NCBI RefSeq assembly: GCF_018350175.1
Contig: NC_058373.1
Location: forward strand, 103,108,001-103,172,000
From: Felis catus
Lineage: Eukaryota
Direction: 5' to 3'
DNA length: 64,000 nucleotides
The translations under genes and the position numbers were made by a program. Positions within the stretch are counted from its first letter, which is position 1. Every line of letters starts with the position of its first letter. Below are positions 51,538 to 62,349 of the stretch, piece by piece. Below the pieces are notes generated by a model, which searched no databases, was not told the DNA's origin, and worked only from the letters and a program-made list of their open reading frames with translations.

Positions 51538-52552
51538 TATCAGTTATTTAATTAGGTTCTTTGTAAGAAATCTAGAACACCAATTTGTGAGGGTACACTC
51601 CATTTGTGAGAGAAAACACAAAGTGGATGTAGCCCTGAAGTTGAGGAACAGCTTTGTGGGTCTACAGCTTTCTGATCAACCTTGCAGTGCCCTATAATCT
51701 CATGTTTCTCTTTCTCCGTGTGGAAGATCTCACCTTCCTGGAGTCTGAGTTTACACAGCTTCTTCTTGAAGCAAGCATCAGTGAGATATTTGGGGATTTT
51801 TCACATTGCTGGTATCAATGGTGGAGGTGCCAGTGACAAATTTCTAGTGTGTTCTACACACGGGAACTCAGTTGAAGGCTAGCAGTCCAGTCACAGATAG
51901 CAAGCCACTGCTCAGCTGCTTCAGGAAAACCACCCTCTTGCCCCTGTGGCACCCAATGAGGATGATCAAAATGGTCCCAGGGGTGATACTAGCTTGCAGC
52001 TTCCTCACATGCTGACTGAAAGGTTTTTAGCCGTGGCTCAACAGCTTTTGAGGCACATCTTCAGTAGGATTATACCTACGCATTCTGTCACCACCAACTG
52101 GTTTTGTGACAGTAGCAAGAACCCTCCCCTTCTTTTTCTTTTCAACCCTGTATTTAGCTGCTGAATACTTCCTCTTGCACATGGCCTTTCTGGAATACAT
52201 AGCGGATCGGGAATATCTGCCAATTCCTCTGACTAGGACAGGATTTCAGCTGCAGTGGGGCTTCCCCTTTTTAGGTGTTTTAGTCTTGAGGTTACTTTTT
52301 TTTTTTTAATGTTTATTTTTGTGAGTGGGGGAGGGGCAAAGAGAGAGGGAGACACAGGATCCAGAGCAGGCTCCAGGCTCTGAGCTGTCAGCACAGAGCC
52401 CCATGCGGGGCTTGAACACACGAACCGCAAGATCATGACCTGAGCAGAAGTTGGACGCTTAACTGACTGAGCCACCCAGGTGCCCCAGGTTTCTTCTCGT
52501 CAGTATTGAGCTTCTCAGCATTTCACCTGTCATCTTGCAAGATGGGAAAGAG
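51538..52552 (-). pseudogene. RPL6: RPL6 (60S ribosomal protein L6) processed pseudogene, interrupted by a SINE
   Basis: The reverse strand begins CTCTTTCCCATCTTGCAAGATG (5'TOP plus ATG at 52533). It has intronless similarity to recalled RPL6 ([32 protein letters not shown], YPHKLVF*). Stop TAG is at 51574-51572 and ATTAAA at 51552-51547. Indels and small deletions break the frame. Confidence 0.93.
52296..52486 (-). mobile_element. CAN-SINE inside the RPL6 retrocopy
   Basis: Reverse SINE with a poly(T) tail at 52296-52307. Confidence 0.93.
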
Positions 52553-55500
52553 CAATTCCACTAAACATTTAAGGAATTAACATCAATTTTTCTCAAACTC
52601 TTCCAAAAAGTTGAAGAAGAGGAAACACTTCCAAACTCATTTTATGAAGCCAGTATTATCCTGATACCAAAGCTAGAAAAAGAAAAACATCAGGCCAGTA
52701 TCCCTGATGGATATAGATGAAGAAATTCTCAACAAAATACTAGCAAACTAAGTTTAACAGCATATTAAAAGGATCATACACCATGACCAAGTGAGATTTA
52801 TCCCTGCTGTATGAGGATGGTTTGACCCATTAGCAGAATAAAGGATCAAAATCTCATGATGCTCTTCATATGCGGCAGAAAAAGCATTTGACAAAATCTA
52901 ACACCGTTTCTTGATTGAAACAAAACAAAACAAGAAAAACCTCAAACCAGGAATAAGAGGAAGTTATCTCAACATAAGAAAGACCACGTATGAAAAGACT
53001 ACAGCTAACATCAAACTCAATGGTGAGAAACTGGAAGTGTTTCCTCTAAGATCAGGAACATAAGGCAAGGATGTCCATTCTTGCCACCTCGATTCAGTTA
53101 GGCAAGATAACCAGAGCAGTTAGGCAAGACAAAGAAATCAAAGGCATCCAGATTGGAAAAGAAGTAAAATTATCTCTGCTCACAGATGACATGATCTTAT
53201 ATGTAGGCATGCCTAAAAATTCTACCAAAAAAAGCCGTTAGAGGTAATAAAAGAACTCAGTAAAGTTGCAGGACACAAAATCAATATGCCAAAATTAGAT
53301 GTGTTTTGATGCCCCCACAATGAACTATCTGATAAGGACACTGAGAAAGCAATGCCATTTACAACAGCATAAGAAAGAATAAAATACTTAGGAAGAAGCC
53401 AAGGAGCCAAGAGTTTTAAACTAAAAAGTACAAAACATCTATGAAAGAAATGAGAGAAGGCACAAATAAATGGGAAGACATCTCCTGTTCGTGGATTGGA
53501 AGACTTCGTATTGTTAAAATGTTCATACTACCTAAAACAACCTACATATTTAATGCAATCTGTCAAAACCCCAACTTTTTAATAGAATAGAAAAAACAAT
53601 TTTAAAATTCGTATGGAACCACAAAGAACCCCAAAGAGCCCAAACAATCTTAAAAAGAACAAATAGGAGGTCTCACACCTCCTGATTTCAAAACATATTA
53701 CAAAGCTACAGTAATCAAAACGGTATGGTACTGGCATAAAGATAGACTTACAGACCAATGGGACAGAGTCCAGGAACAATCATACACAAATACGGTCAAC
53801 AAATCTTTAACAAGGGTGCTAAGAAGACACAATGGAAAAGGAGGATCCCCTCAATAAATGTGCTGGGAAAACTGGGTATCCACATGTAAAAGAATGAAAT
53901 TGGATCCTCATCTTACACCATACAAAAAAATCAGCTCAAATGGATCAAAGACTTGAACGTAAGATCTGAAACTGTAAAATGCCTAAAAGAAAACAAAGGG
54001 GAAATGTTTTATGATACTGGTCTTGGCAATGATTTCTTGGATTTGACACCAAAAAGCACCAGCAACGAAAGCAAAAATAGGCAAATGGGACGACATCAAA
54101 CTAAAAAGCTTTTCCACAGCAAAGGAAATAACCAACAGTGTGGAAATGCAACCTATAGAGTGGGAGAAAATATTTGCAAACCATATGTCTGATAAAGAGT
54201 TAATATCCAAAAAACATAAGAAACTCATATAATTCAATAGCAAAAAAAGAAATAACCCAACTTAAAAGTGGGCAAAAGAACTGAATAGATATTTCTCCAA
54301 AGAAGATAAACACCAGATATATGAAAAGATGTTCAAAATCACCAATTATTAGGGAAATGCAAATCAAAACCACAATGACATATCTCACACCTTTTAGGAT
54401 GTTCACGATCAACAAAACAAAACAACCCCCAAAATAGCAAATGTTGATGGGGATGTAGAGAAATTGGAACCTTTGTGCCCGTTTGTGGGAATATAAAATG
54501 GTGCTGCAATTATGGAAAACTAAAGGGAGTTTCCTCAAAAAAAAAAATTAAAAATAGAACTAACTATATGATCTAGCAGTTCAACTTCTGGGTGTTTACT
54601 CAAAATAACTGAAGTCAGGCACCCAAAGAGATCCCCACTTTTGTGTTCATTGCAGCATTATTCACAATAGCCAAGTGGTGAGGACAACCTGTAGCTGTCC
54701 TGTAGGCCCACTGGCAGATGAACCTGTAAAAAAAATTGTAGTGTATACATAAAATGAATATTATTGAGCCATAACAAGAAGGAAATCCTGTTTTATGCCA
54801 TGTCATAGGTAAACCTTGAGGACAGCTTGCTAAAAACTAAGCCAGCACAGAAGGAGGAATAATGCACGATTCCACTTATACGAGGTATCTAAAATTGTCA
54901 AACTCACGGAAGTAGAAAGTGCAATGGTGGTTGCCAGGGGCTGCGAGGAGAGAGAAATGAGGAGTTGCTGTTCAAGGAGTATAAAGTTTCGGTCATGCAA
55001 GATGACAAAGTTAGGGAGAGCTGCTGGACAGCACAGTGTTTAGAGTTAACCACACCATACAGTACTCTAAAAAAATCTGTTGAGGGTAGATCTCATGTTA
55101 TGCATTTTTTACCATGATAATAAAAAGTGGGTACACCTCACAATAGCAATCAAAGAAATGCAAATAAAAAATGATCACCTGTCACATTAGCAAGGGTTTT
55201 AAAAGCTGGTGCGAGTTCCCTGAGGCAGCTCTCTCATTTACTGCTAGTTACAGTGTAAATTGGCAGGCATAACCGTTTTGGAAAACACTTTGGAAATATG
55301 CATCAAAGGGTCTTAAAAGTGTTTGTACCCTTTGATGTAATAATTTTACTTGTAGGAGTCTGTTCTCATGCAGCAATAACAAATGCAAATATGTTTATTT
55401 ATAAGACCAAAATTTAGAAATCTTCCCAATGTTCCACGAGAAAGGAATGGTTAGTAGAAGCTGACATATATGATAAAACAACAAAAATGTTTATGAAGTT

Positions 55501-56420
55501 TATTGACAAGAGAAAACTCACAATATAACATTAGGTGAAAACGGGAGGAGGTAACAAGCTGTATAAAGGGTGATTACAAATCATATTATCACTGCTCTGT
55601 CAAAAAATTAAAACTAAAAAAGATGAAGGAAATCCACAAAAAATGTCATAAGGCTGTTTTCTGGGTAATGAGACTATGGATGACTAAAATAAAATAAGAT
55701 TTTAAAGTATCCTTTTACTCTTTTAAGTCTGCAAACATAAACATGTAAGGTAGAATATAGAGTGATCAGAAATTAGACTCTTTCTTCTGGAAGTACTGGA
55801 AGGTTTTTGATTGGCTTCATTCAGAGTATGGTTAAGACAAGCAAACTTCACTAAATGTTTTCATTCTAACTTAAAAGAGGTAGACATCACAGGGAGAGAA
55901 ATCAAGAGAACGCCTTACATTATTTATTTGTGTAGTAAACATATGGCCTTTAGTAGCCCAAGAAATAGCATCAACTCCCTGTGGGATGCAGTGAGTGGGC
56001 CATCCTCTTTAGGAGAGTAGTTTAGGAGAGATGTAAATGGAATGGCGAGCAGGGAGGGGATGGGCGGATCTGCCCTGGCAGCTAGGTCGGTCAAACCCAC
56101 CGTGGCTTTCGGTGGGTTGGCAGATGGCACAGCCAGATTGTCCCATCAGCCTGAAGCTACAAACTAAAACAGTTACATTCAAGAAGAGATAAATTTATGC
56201 TACAACCGGATTCCTAATACTAGCTAGGGATGGTAGGGGTAATGTTCCAGTGGGCTTAACTTGTGAGCAGAAAACTCTAAAAAGGATGGGCAGAGAAAGG
56301 TGCAAGCCGCCTTGCAAAGGGACATAAGTCACCAACTCTGAAAAAGTTAAGTTTATGCCCCACTGCTCTGCTCCCCTCCCATCGCTGCCATTTGATACCA
56401 CGTAAAAGTGTTCCTTTACT

Positions 56421-56725
56421 GGGACGCCAGGGTGGCTCAGTCGGTTAAGCATCCGGCTTCGGCTCAGGTCATGATCTTGTGGTTTGTGAGTTCCAGCCCC
56501 ATGACGAGCCCCATGACGAGCCCCACGATGAGCCCCGCATCCAGCCCTGCATCCAGCTCTGCATCCAGCCCTGCATCCAGCCCTGCGTCCAGCCCCACGT
56601 TGAGCCTCCCATGGAGCTCCATGCTGACAGCTTGGAGCCTGCTTCAGATTCTGTGTCTCCCTCTCTCTGTGTTCCTCCCCCACTCACACACTGTCTCTTT
56701 GTCTCAAAAATAAAGATTAAAAAAA
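56421..56725 (+). mobile_element. CAN-SINE containing an internal 12-bp tandem array
   Basis: Normal SINE head and tail, TSD gtgttcctttac (56408-56419 and 56750-56761), and ten 12-bp units at 56493-56612. Confidence 0.92.
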
Positions 56726-58989
56726 GAGAGAGAGAGTGTGTGTGTATGTGTGTTCCTTTACCTTTACCTTTACCTTTGTAAGTTTCCTTGAAATCAGAGA
56801 ATGCAAATTTGCAGACCTTGAGCCCAATGTAGTAAAAAAAAAAAAAATGTGTTTAAAAAAAAAATCAACTTGAATGAGTTGCGTGACAGTTGGAAATTGG
56901 GAAATTTGGCATAAAATTCCGGATATGGGCTTTAAGAAAAGTTAAATTTAGCAACAGTGACCTGTTATTGTCACATGGTAACCATTATCTGCAGAAGAGC
57001 GATGCTCATTTTAGATGGCACAGGCTCGCCAATTTGCCGCAGTCCTCACTCAGCCCATGTGCTCATTTGGATTTCCACTTCTGGCGGCTGTATACATTCC
57101 TGAGGCTTTCAGGTCTGGGAGTGATTTATAAACCTGGTCTTCAGGCCCTGAGCTGCCTAGGATAAAAGTCTCCCCTGATACAAAAACTTATTCAAAGCAA
57201 CAGTTCCTAAATAATTCTGATAAAGACAGACCTGCGTCAGAACCATAAACATGCTCAAAGACATGCTGGGCGAACAGAGAGCACTGCCCTTCTGAAAATC
57301 AGGGGCACCATGGGCAGACAGCTGGAATGAAGAACCTTCGAAGACTGGGGCATCCTATGGGACACTCTCAGGCTAGTGTTTGGAACTTAGTAGGAGGTTA
57401 ATAAATATTTGTTTCTATCTTCCTAAGAGCAGATGCAGAGCACAGCAAGGAGGAAATGGAGCCAGAATAGTGTAATGCAATGCACAAAAGCACAGCATGC
57501 CAAGAGAGAAGGAGGGAGGAGGTAATTGCAGCCTAGAGAGCAGTAGCAGCAACAGAACAAGCCTGGAGAAGTTAGAATGACAGGGCCAAGTACTATAATA
57601 ACAGGGGACTGCATAACTATGGCATGATTCCGATAGATCTTTGCTAGTAACACTTCTACATGGTAAGTAGAAGCATAGAGTCCACAGATGAAGGTAACAT
57701 TAATCAAACAAATTCAGACAGAAACTCACATCAAAACACTAGTGAGAAGACATTTAACCCGTTAGTGAAGGATTGTTGGTTTGAAGTAAAACAGAATATA
57801 TATTTAAAAATACAGAGAATTTATAAAATGTGCAGAATAGCTGTATTCAGCTGAAGTATAGAATTTCTGTACTTAGCTGAAACAAGTTAATGGTTTCAGT
57901 TTTGTGTGTGTGTGTTTGGCTTACCAATGGTGTAGCTATAGTTATTGAAGTAATTTATTTCTAAAGCCTCAATTTAAAAAATCAGTTAATAACTGAAATA
58001 AAGTTTTCTGAAGCATCATGTAACTGTAGTAATAACGTGTCAGAGAATGTTAGGCAAAGGGTGCCAAATGGCAGAGTGGAAGGTGATAGATGTGATTATT
58101 TTTTTTCTAGCCCTTTCTTAGGGTCACGGCTAATCAGTCATTGTTTATACACAAGGTAGCTTTTGCAGTATTTATTTTTTTTAAATATTTAGCAGACTTG
58201 GGAGGCAGTGACTGGCAATAATATGCAGTTTCCAGCATGTTACCAGTGCTTAATAAATGGTAAAACAATAAAGTCCTGCATGATGAAAAACAGCAGTGAG
58301 TACATCTATTATACCCCAAACCATATTAAAGCCATAGCATAGTGCATTGTCTACATTATGGTAATAAAGGCACATTTATATTCACTAAAAAGTTCACCCA
58401 GGTAAGTTCCTCTTAAATTTCTTAGGGTAGTGAAAGAAAGTATGAGAAAAGTGGATGGAGTATGGATTAAAAAAAAAAAGCAAAAAACCCAAAAACCAGC
58501 CCCCCCCCCCTTTTTTTTAATCCTGTGGAACTTTGCTGACCACAAACCGGGTAGCTATACCCTATACACTGGCAGGGTGCTCCAAGTGCCTTCAAAACTC
58601 AAAACTCCCTCTAATCCAGCACCAATTAGCAAAACCCTCCAGATTTCTAGATACCCCCAAGCTTTGAAAGACTTGATTTTGGAAGAGGAGGAGGCGCCCA
58701 GGTGCGTGTGTTACAGATGTACGGCGCTACACAATGGCACCGAGAAAGCAAATGCTAACTCCGAGAGGAAGTTCTTTTTTTACATCTAAGGAAACCCGGG
58801 ACTGCTAGGCTAGGCTTGGGAACCTCGAGGACTGCGTTTCCGGGATCCTGTGCAGTTTTCAGCAGCTAGAGAACCGGTTTGCAAGGGCTGAGAACCCCGT
58901 GCTGTAAGTTTGGGGAAGGAAGCGAGAGAAAAAAAATAGAGCTGCTCCTTTAAGAACTTCCTTTCCCTTTTACTCTATGTTTACATAAC

Positions 58990-60480
58990 ACGGGGGCCGA
59001 TCCACCGCGGGGCCCGAGGGGGGCGGGAGAGGGTGCTGGCCGCCCCACGCGCCGGAGGGAGGGGGCGCGGGGAAGGGAGGGGGGCAGCGCGGCTTCGGGC
59101 GGAGGGCCGGGCGGTTCCCACCTGCCCGCGCGCCGGCGGGGCGGCTCAGCGGTCCTGCCCCCGCCCCTCCCCCGCCCGCTGCCCCCGCCCCTCCCGCGCT
59201 GGCTTTCTCCCTCCCTCCTTCCCTGGCGGGGCTCCGGCGGCGGCTGCGGCGGCGGCGGCGCTTGGCGCGGGCAGGTCCCCCTGCTGCCCGGTCCCATTTG
59301 TTGCCGAGTCCTGCTCGGAGCGGCGGCGGCGAGCGGAGCTCCGGGGAGCCCGGCGGGGCAGCCGCACAGCCACGACGGAGCAGCCGCGGGACTGGCCGCC
59401 CCGCGCCCCCTTCGCCGCCGTGCCCTTCCCCGGCGCGCTCACCCCGTTCTCAGGATGGGATTGTAGCGGCGGCGCGGACTCCGCGGGGATCGCGGCGGAG
59501 GAGGCGGCGGCGGCGGCCGATCGGGGCTCCATGTTTTCCCCCGGCCAGGAGGAGCACTGCGCCCCCAATAAGGAGCCTGTGAAATATGGGGAGCTGGTAG
59601 TACTAGGGTGAGTCCCGAGATCTCCGAGGCGGCGGGCGGCGAGCGCTCGGGGCTGGGTGACTGCCGGGCGCCCGCATCTCCGAGCGGGGCCAGGAGGACG
59701 GCTCGGGCGCTCTCTGGGGGCGGCTGGGGCGCCGGGGGCGGCTCAGGGGCCCGGGCGGCAGGCGCCCGGGGAGCGGTGCTCCCCATCAGCGCGCGCGGGG
59801 CGCTGCAGAGACCACCGAGACGCGCCTTCCCGGCGGAGGACGGCGGCAGCCGAGGAAGTGGCAGAGCGGGGCCGGCCCCGGGAAGGGAGGGACTGTGGCG
59901 ACACCGCGCCCCGCGAGGCGCAGCGTTCAGGGACCAAGTCCCGGTCCGTACCGCGGGGGACCCCTGCTCGACTTCCCCGCGCGTCCTGGGTCGGGGAGGG
60001 CCGCTAGGGACCGGGCCAAGGCGCCACCGTCGCAGGCACCTCGCGGTGTCGGAGGAGACCCTCCAGTTGGCGAAGCTGAAAGGCCGGTGGAGCCCGGTCC
60101 CCGGGACCCCTCTGCCCCGGGGGACTGTGGTCTCGGGTCCCGGAACTCGGAGCGCGGCGCTGCGGGCTTGGCTGCCGCGGGCGGCGAGATCTGCGGGGTG
60201 GGCGTCCGCGGGTAGCGCTTTGCATATTGTTATGGTGACCGCCGCGGGTAGCCGCAGCCGGGGGCTGTGAACTGTCTGTGACCTGGGCGGGCAGGCCGGC
60301 CCTCTGCTTTCCCAGCCGCCAGTGTCCGGGGGTTGGGGGGTGGGGGGCAGGGACGCGGCTGCGCCTGCCGGGGCCCCGGGGCGCGGGGCCGCATCCCCTC
60401 CGTCCCGGGCCGCGGCCTCGCTGATGTGCTCCTGGCGGCGTGGAGCTCGCCCGCTTCGGCTCCCTCTCCGCTTGTGAAAA
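58990..60480. promoter_or_regulatory. PELI2: CpG island: PELI2 promoter, 5'UTR and start of intron 1
   Basis: Very high GC and CpG density compared with the CpG-depleted flanks. Contains GC boxes (GGGGCGGG at ~59010, CCCCGCCCC at ~59158 and ~59183) and GGC repeats, and surrounds exon 1. Confidence 0.93.
59531..59607 (+). CDS. PELI2: PELI2 (Pellino-2 E3 ubiquitin ligase) first coding exon, 77 nt, phase-2 intron follows
   Basis: ATG at 59531 translates to MFSPGQEEHCAPNKEPVKYGELVVLG, the Pellino-2 N-terminus as I recall it. A canonical donor GG|GTGAGT lies at 59608-59613, inside a CpG island. Confidence 0.96.
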
Positions 60481-61892
60481 CCACATTTTGAAGATAGTAA
60501 TTATCCACAATCGTTAAACGGCAGCAATTAGAGACTTCATCTACTTCCTGAGTTTCCTTGTGACATTTCTATTGTTTACCCTTAATAAGCCGGGAGAGAG
60601 GCTTCGTAGGATTAAAGCAGGATAAAGTGGGCAGTGAAAGGGGAGCAGAATGGGGAGGAGGGAAGTGCAGGAAACTCGGGAGAGGAAGCAACTTGGATTT
60701 AATATTTAGGAGGAGAAAGGATTATTTTCTCCTTTGGATGTGTCACTCCTGGGAACCGCGCTTTTGTCCTCTCTCTTGAAAGACCTGTGTTCAGACCGTC
60801 ATCTGTGCTGATAGGTAGGCTTCTCACACATATGAGGAGCCACGGGTATGGAAAAACTCAGGGAACTCTGAACAACGTGTTTTGATAACTGAATGCCTTG
60901 AAGTAAGTGTGGGCTTAAAAATAATTTTGAAGAGAATTTTTAAGAGAAGCTTCCAGACACAGTACAGCTGGAAGTTGTCTATTCCTCCTCACTTTGTTGC
61001 TACAGTTGCTACAGTATTAAGTGGAATAATATTGGAAATCTCATTACCTATTTTGAAGTTTGCAGATAAGCGGTTTTGGTCACCTGCATCTGAATTGTGC
61101 TGAAAAGACAGATGTCAGGGTTCACCGGAAGGAGGGCGGAATGAGGGAGAAAGCAGGAGGTTAGCTGGTCTTATGTAACTTCAGCCCAACCTAATTTTGT
61201 GGAGTTTGATTTTGTTTGTGTGTCTGGCTTCAAAGCATGTTTAACATACTGTGTGAACCTGACAGGAAAGATTAACTTATGCCAGAACTTTATTTCATTA
61301 TTTCCTTTTGAGGAAATCATTGTTGAGATGTTTCAGAGAAGCAGCGTGTGAGTGGGCCTGGAGAGGTTTTGTGTTTCTAGCTGGAAGGGCAGGGCATTCC
61401 AAAGCCGTGGAAAGGGTTTAGACCCAGGATTGTCTTGGTATCATAGGCTTACTCTAAAGTAGGCTATGTAAATGCATTACTCATTGCATGTGCTTTGTCC
61501 CTGACTAATGGTTTTCCAGGAGACACGAAGTATGACATAGTTGGCACTCGAATATTTTGGACCAGACTCTCGGCAGTTATATGTGCACCTATTATGTGCC
61601 AGCACTGCTTAGGCATTGAGGATCCAGCAGTGAACAAGGAGCTTTCATTTTAGTGTGGAGGGACAGGGTAAGCAGAAACAAACGAGTAAACAAATGGATA
61701 ATAAATGGCAATGTCAGGTGTTGCCAAATTTTCAACAGAAGGAGGTTAACTTAGGGAATGTCTGCCCCAGGTAGGCATTGCTTTCTTTAGCTAGGGGGTC
61801 AGGGCAGGTCTCTGTGAGGAAGTGAAATGTGAGTTGACATCAGACTACTGAGAAGATACTGGTCAGGTTTTTGAATACTTGAGAAGAATTGT

Positions 61893-62186
61893 TCTTTTCT
61901 TTTTTTCCTTCTTGCTTGCTTGCTTTCTTCCTAACTTCCTTCCTCCCTCCCTTCCTTCCTCCCTTCCTTCCTCCCTTCCTTCATGCCTGCTTGCTTGTTT
62001 TCTTTCTTCCTAACTTCCTTCCTTCCTTCGTGACTGCCTGCTTGCTTGTTTTCTCTTTTCTTTTCTTTTCTTTTCTTTTCTTTTCTTTTCTTTTCTTTTC
62101 TTTTCTTTTCTTTCTTTTCTTTTCTTTTCTCTTTTCTTTTCTTTTCTCTTTTGTTTCCTCTTTTGTTTCCTCTTTTGTTTCTTTTT

Positions 62187-62257
<71 letters not shown>
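61893..62257. repeat. Compound polypyrimidine microsatellite (CCTT / CTTTT / CTTT)n
   Basis: Directly visible ~365-bp tract that is almost all pyrimidine on the + strand. Confidence 0.95.
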
Positions 62258-62349
62258 GAGTAGATTTCTGACTCTCTAGAAATATTAAGTACATTGAAGA
62301 ATGCTGGGGAAATAGTGAGTAGTAGGTAGACTTTAATGAGACCCTTACT

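Larger units (their letters stand above)
50600..55126 (+). mobile_element. Old 5'-truncated L1 (ORF2 plus 3'UTR, L1MA/L1_Carn-like), split by the RPL6 retrocopy at ~51460-52552
   Basis: Degenerate ORF2 motifs (GATGGCTTCACTGGTGA...AAACATTTAAGGAATTAAC; CAGATGACATGATCTTATATGTAG), a typical 3'UTR, and an AATAAAAA end near 55120. Confidence 0.9.

Noticed and set aside
51572..52533. Functional RPL6 retrogene
   Set aside because: Frameshifts, deletions and a SINE insertion shortly after the ATG; no long ORF in the RPL6 frame.
50600..55126. Active L1 or intact reverse transcriptase
   Set aside because: 5'-truncated, with many stops and frameshifts, and interrupted by a retrocopy.
56116..56132. CTCF site (GGCAGATGGCAC)
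   Set aside because: Only the 3' half matches the consensus; it cannot be supported without ChIP data.
56755..56777. Interstitial telomeric repeat
   Set aside because: The unit is CCTTTA/TAAAGG, not CCCTAA/TTAGGG, and it derives from the SINE TSD.
56195..56781. Repetitive ORFs (AGCR, QPCI, QGWM) and a CRISPR-like appearance
   Set aside because: These are translations of a 12-bp tandem array inside a SINE. There are no spacers or cas genes, and the context is eukaryotic.
59033..59611. 192-aa ORF as a complete gene
   Set aside because: Only its last 26 codons are PELI2 exon 1. The TGA is part of the GTGAGT splice donor, and the rest is GC-rich promoter/UTR.
58950..60510. Multiple long Arg/Gly/Pro/Ala-rich ORFs on both strands (including 220 aa at 59608-60270)
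   Set aside because: Expected artefacts of stop-codon scarcity in a CpG island; no recognisable domains.
61889..62294. Phe/Ser/Leu-rich and Lys/Arg/Glu-rich ORFs
   Set aside because: Microsatellite translations.
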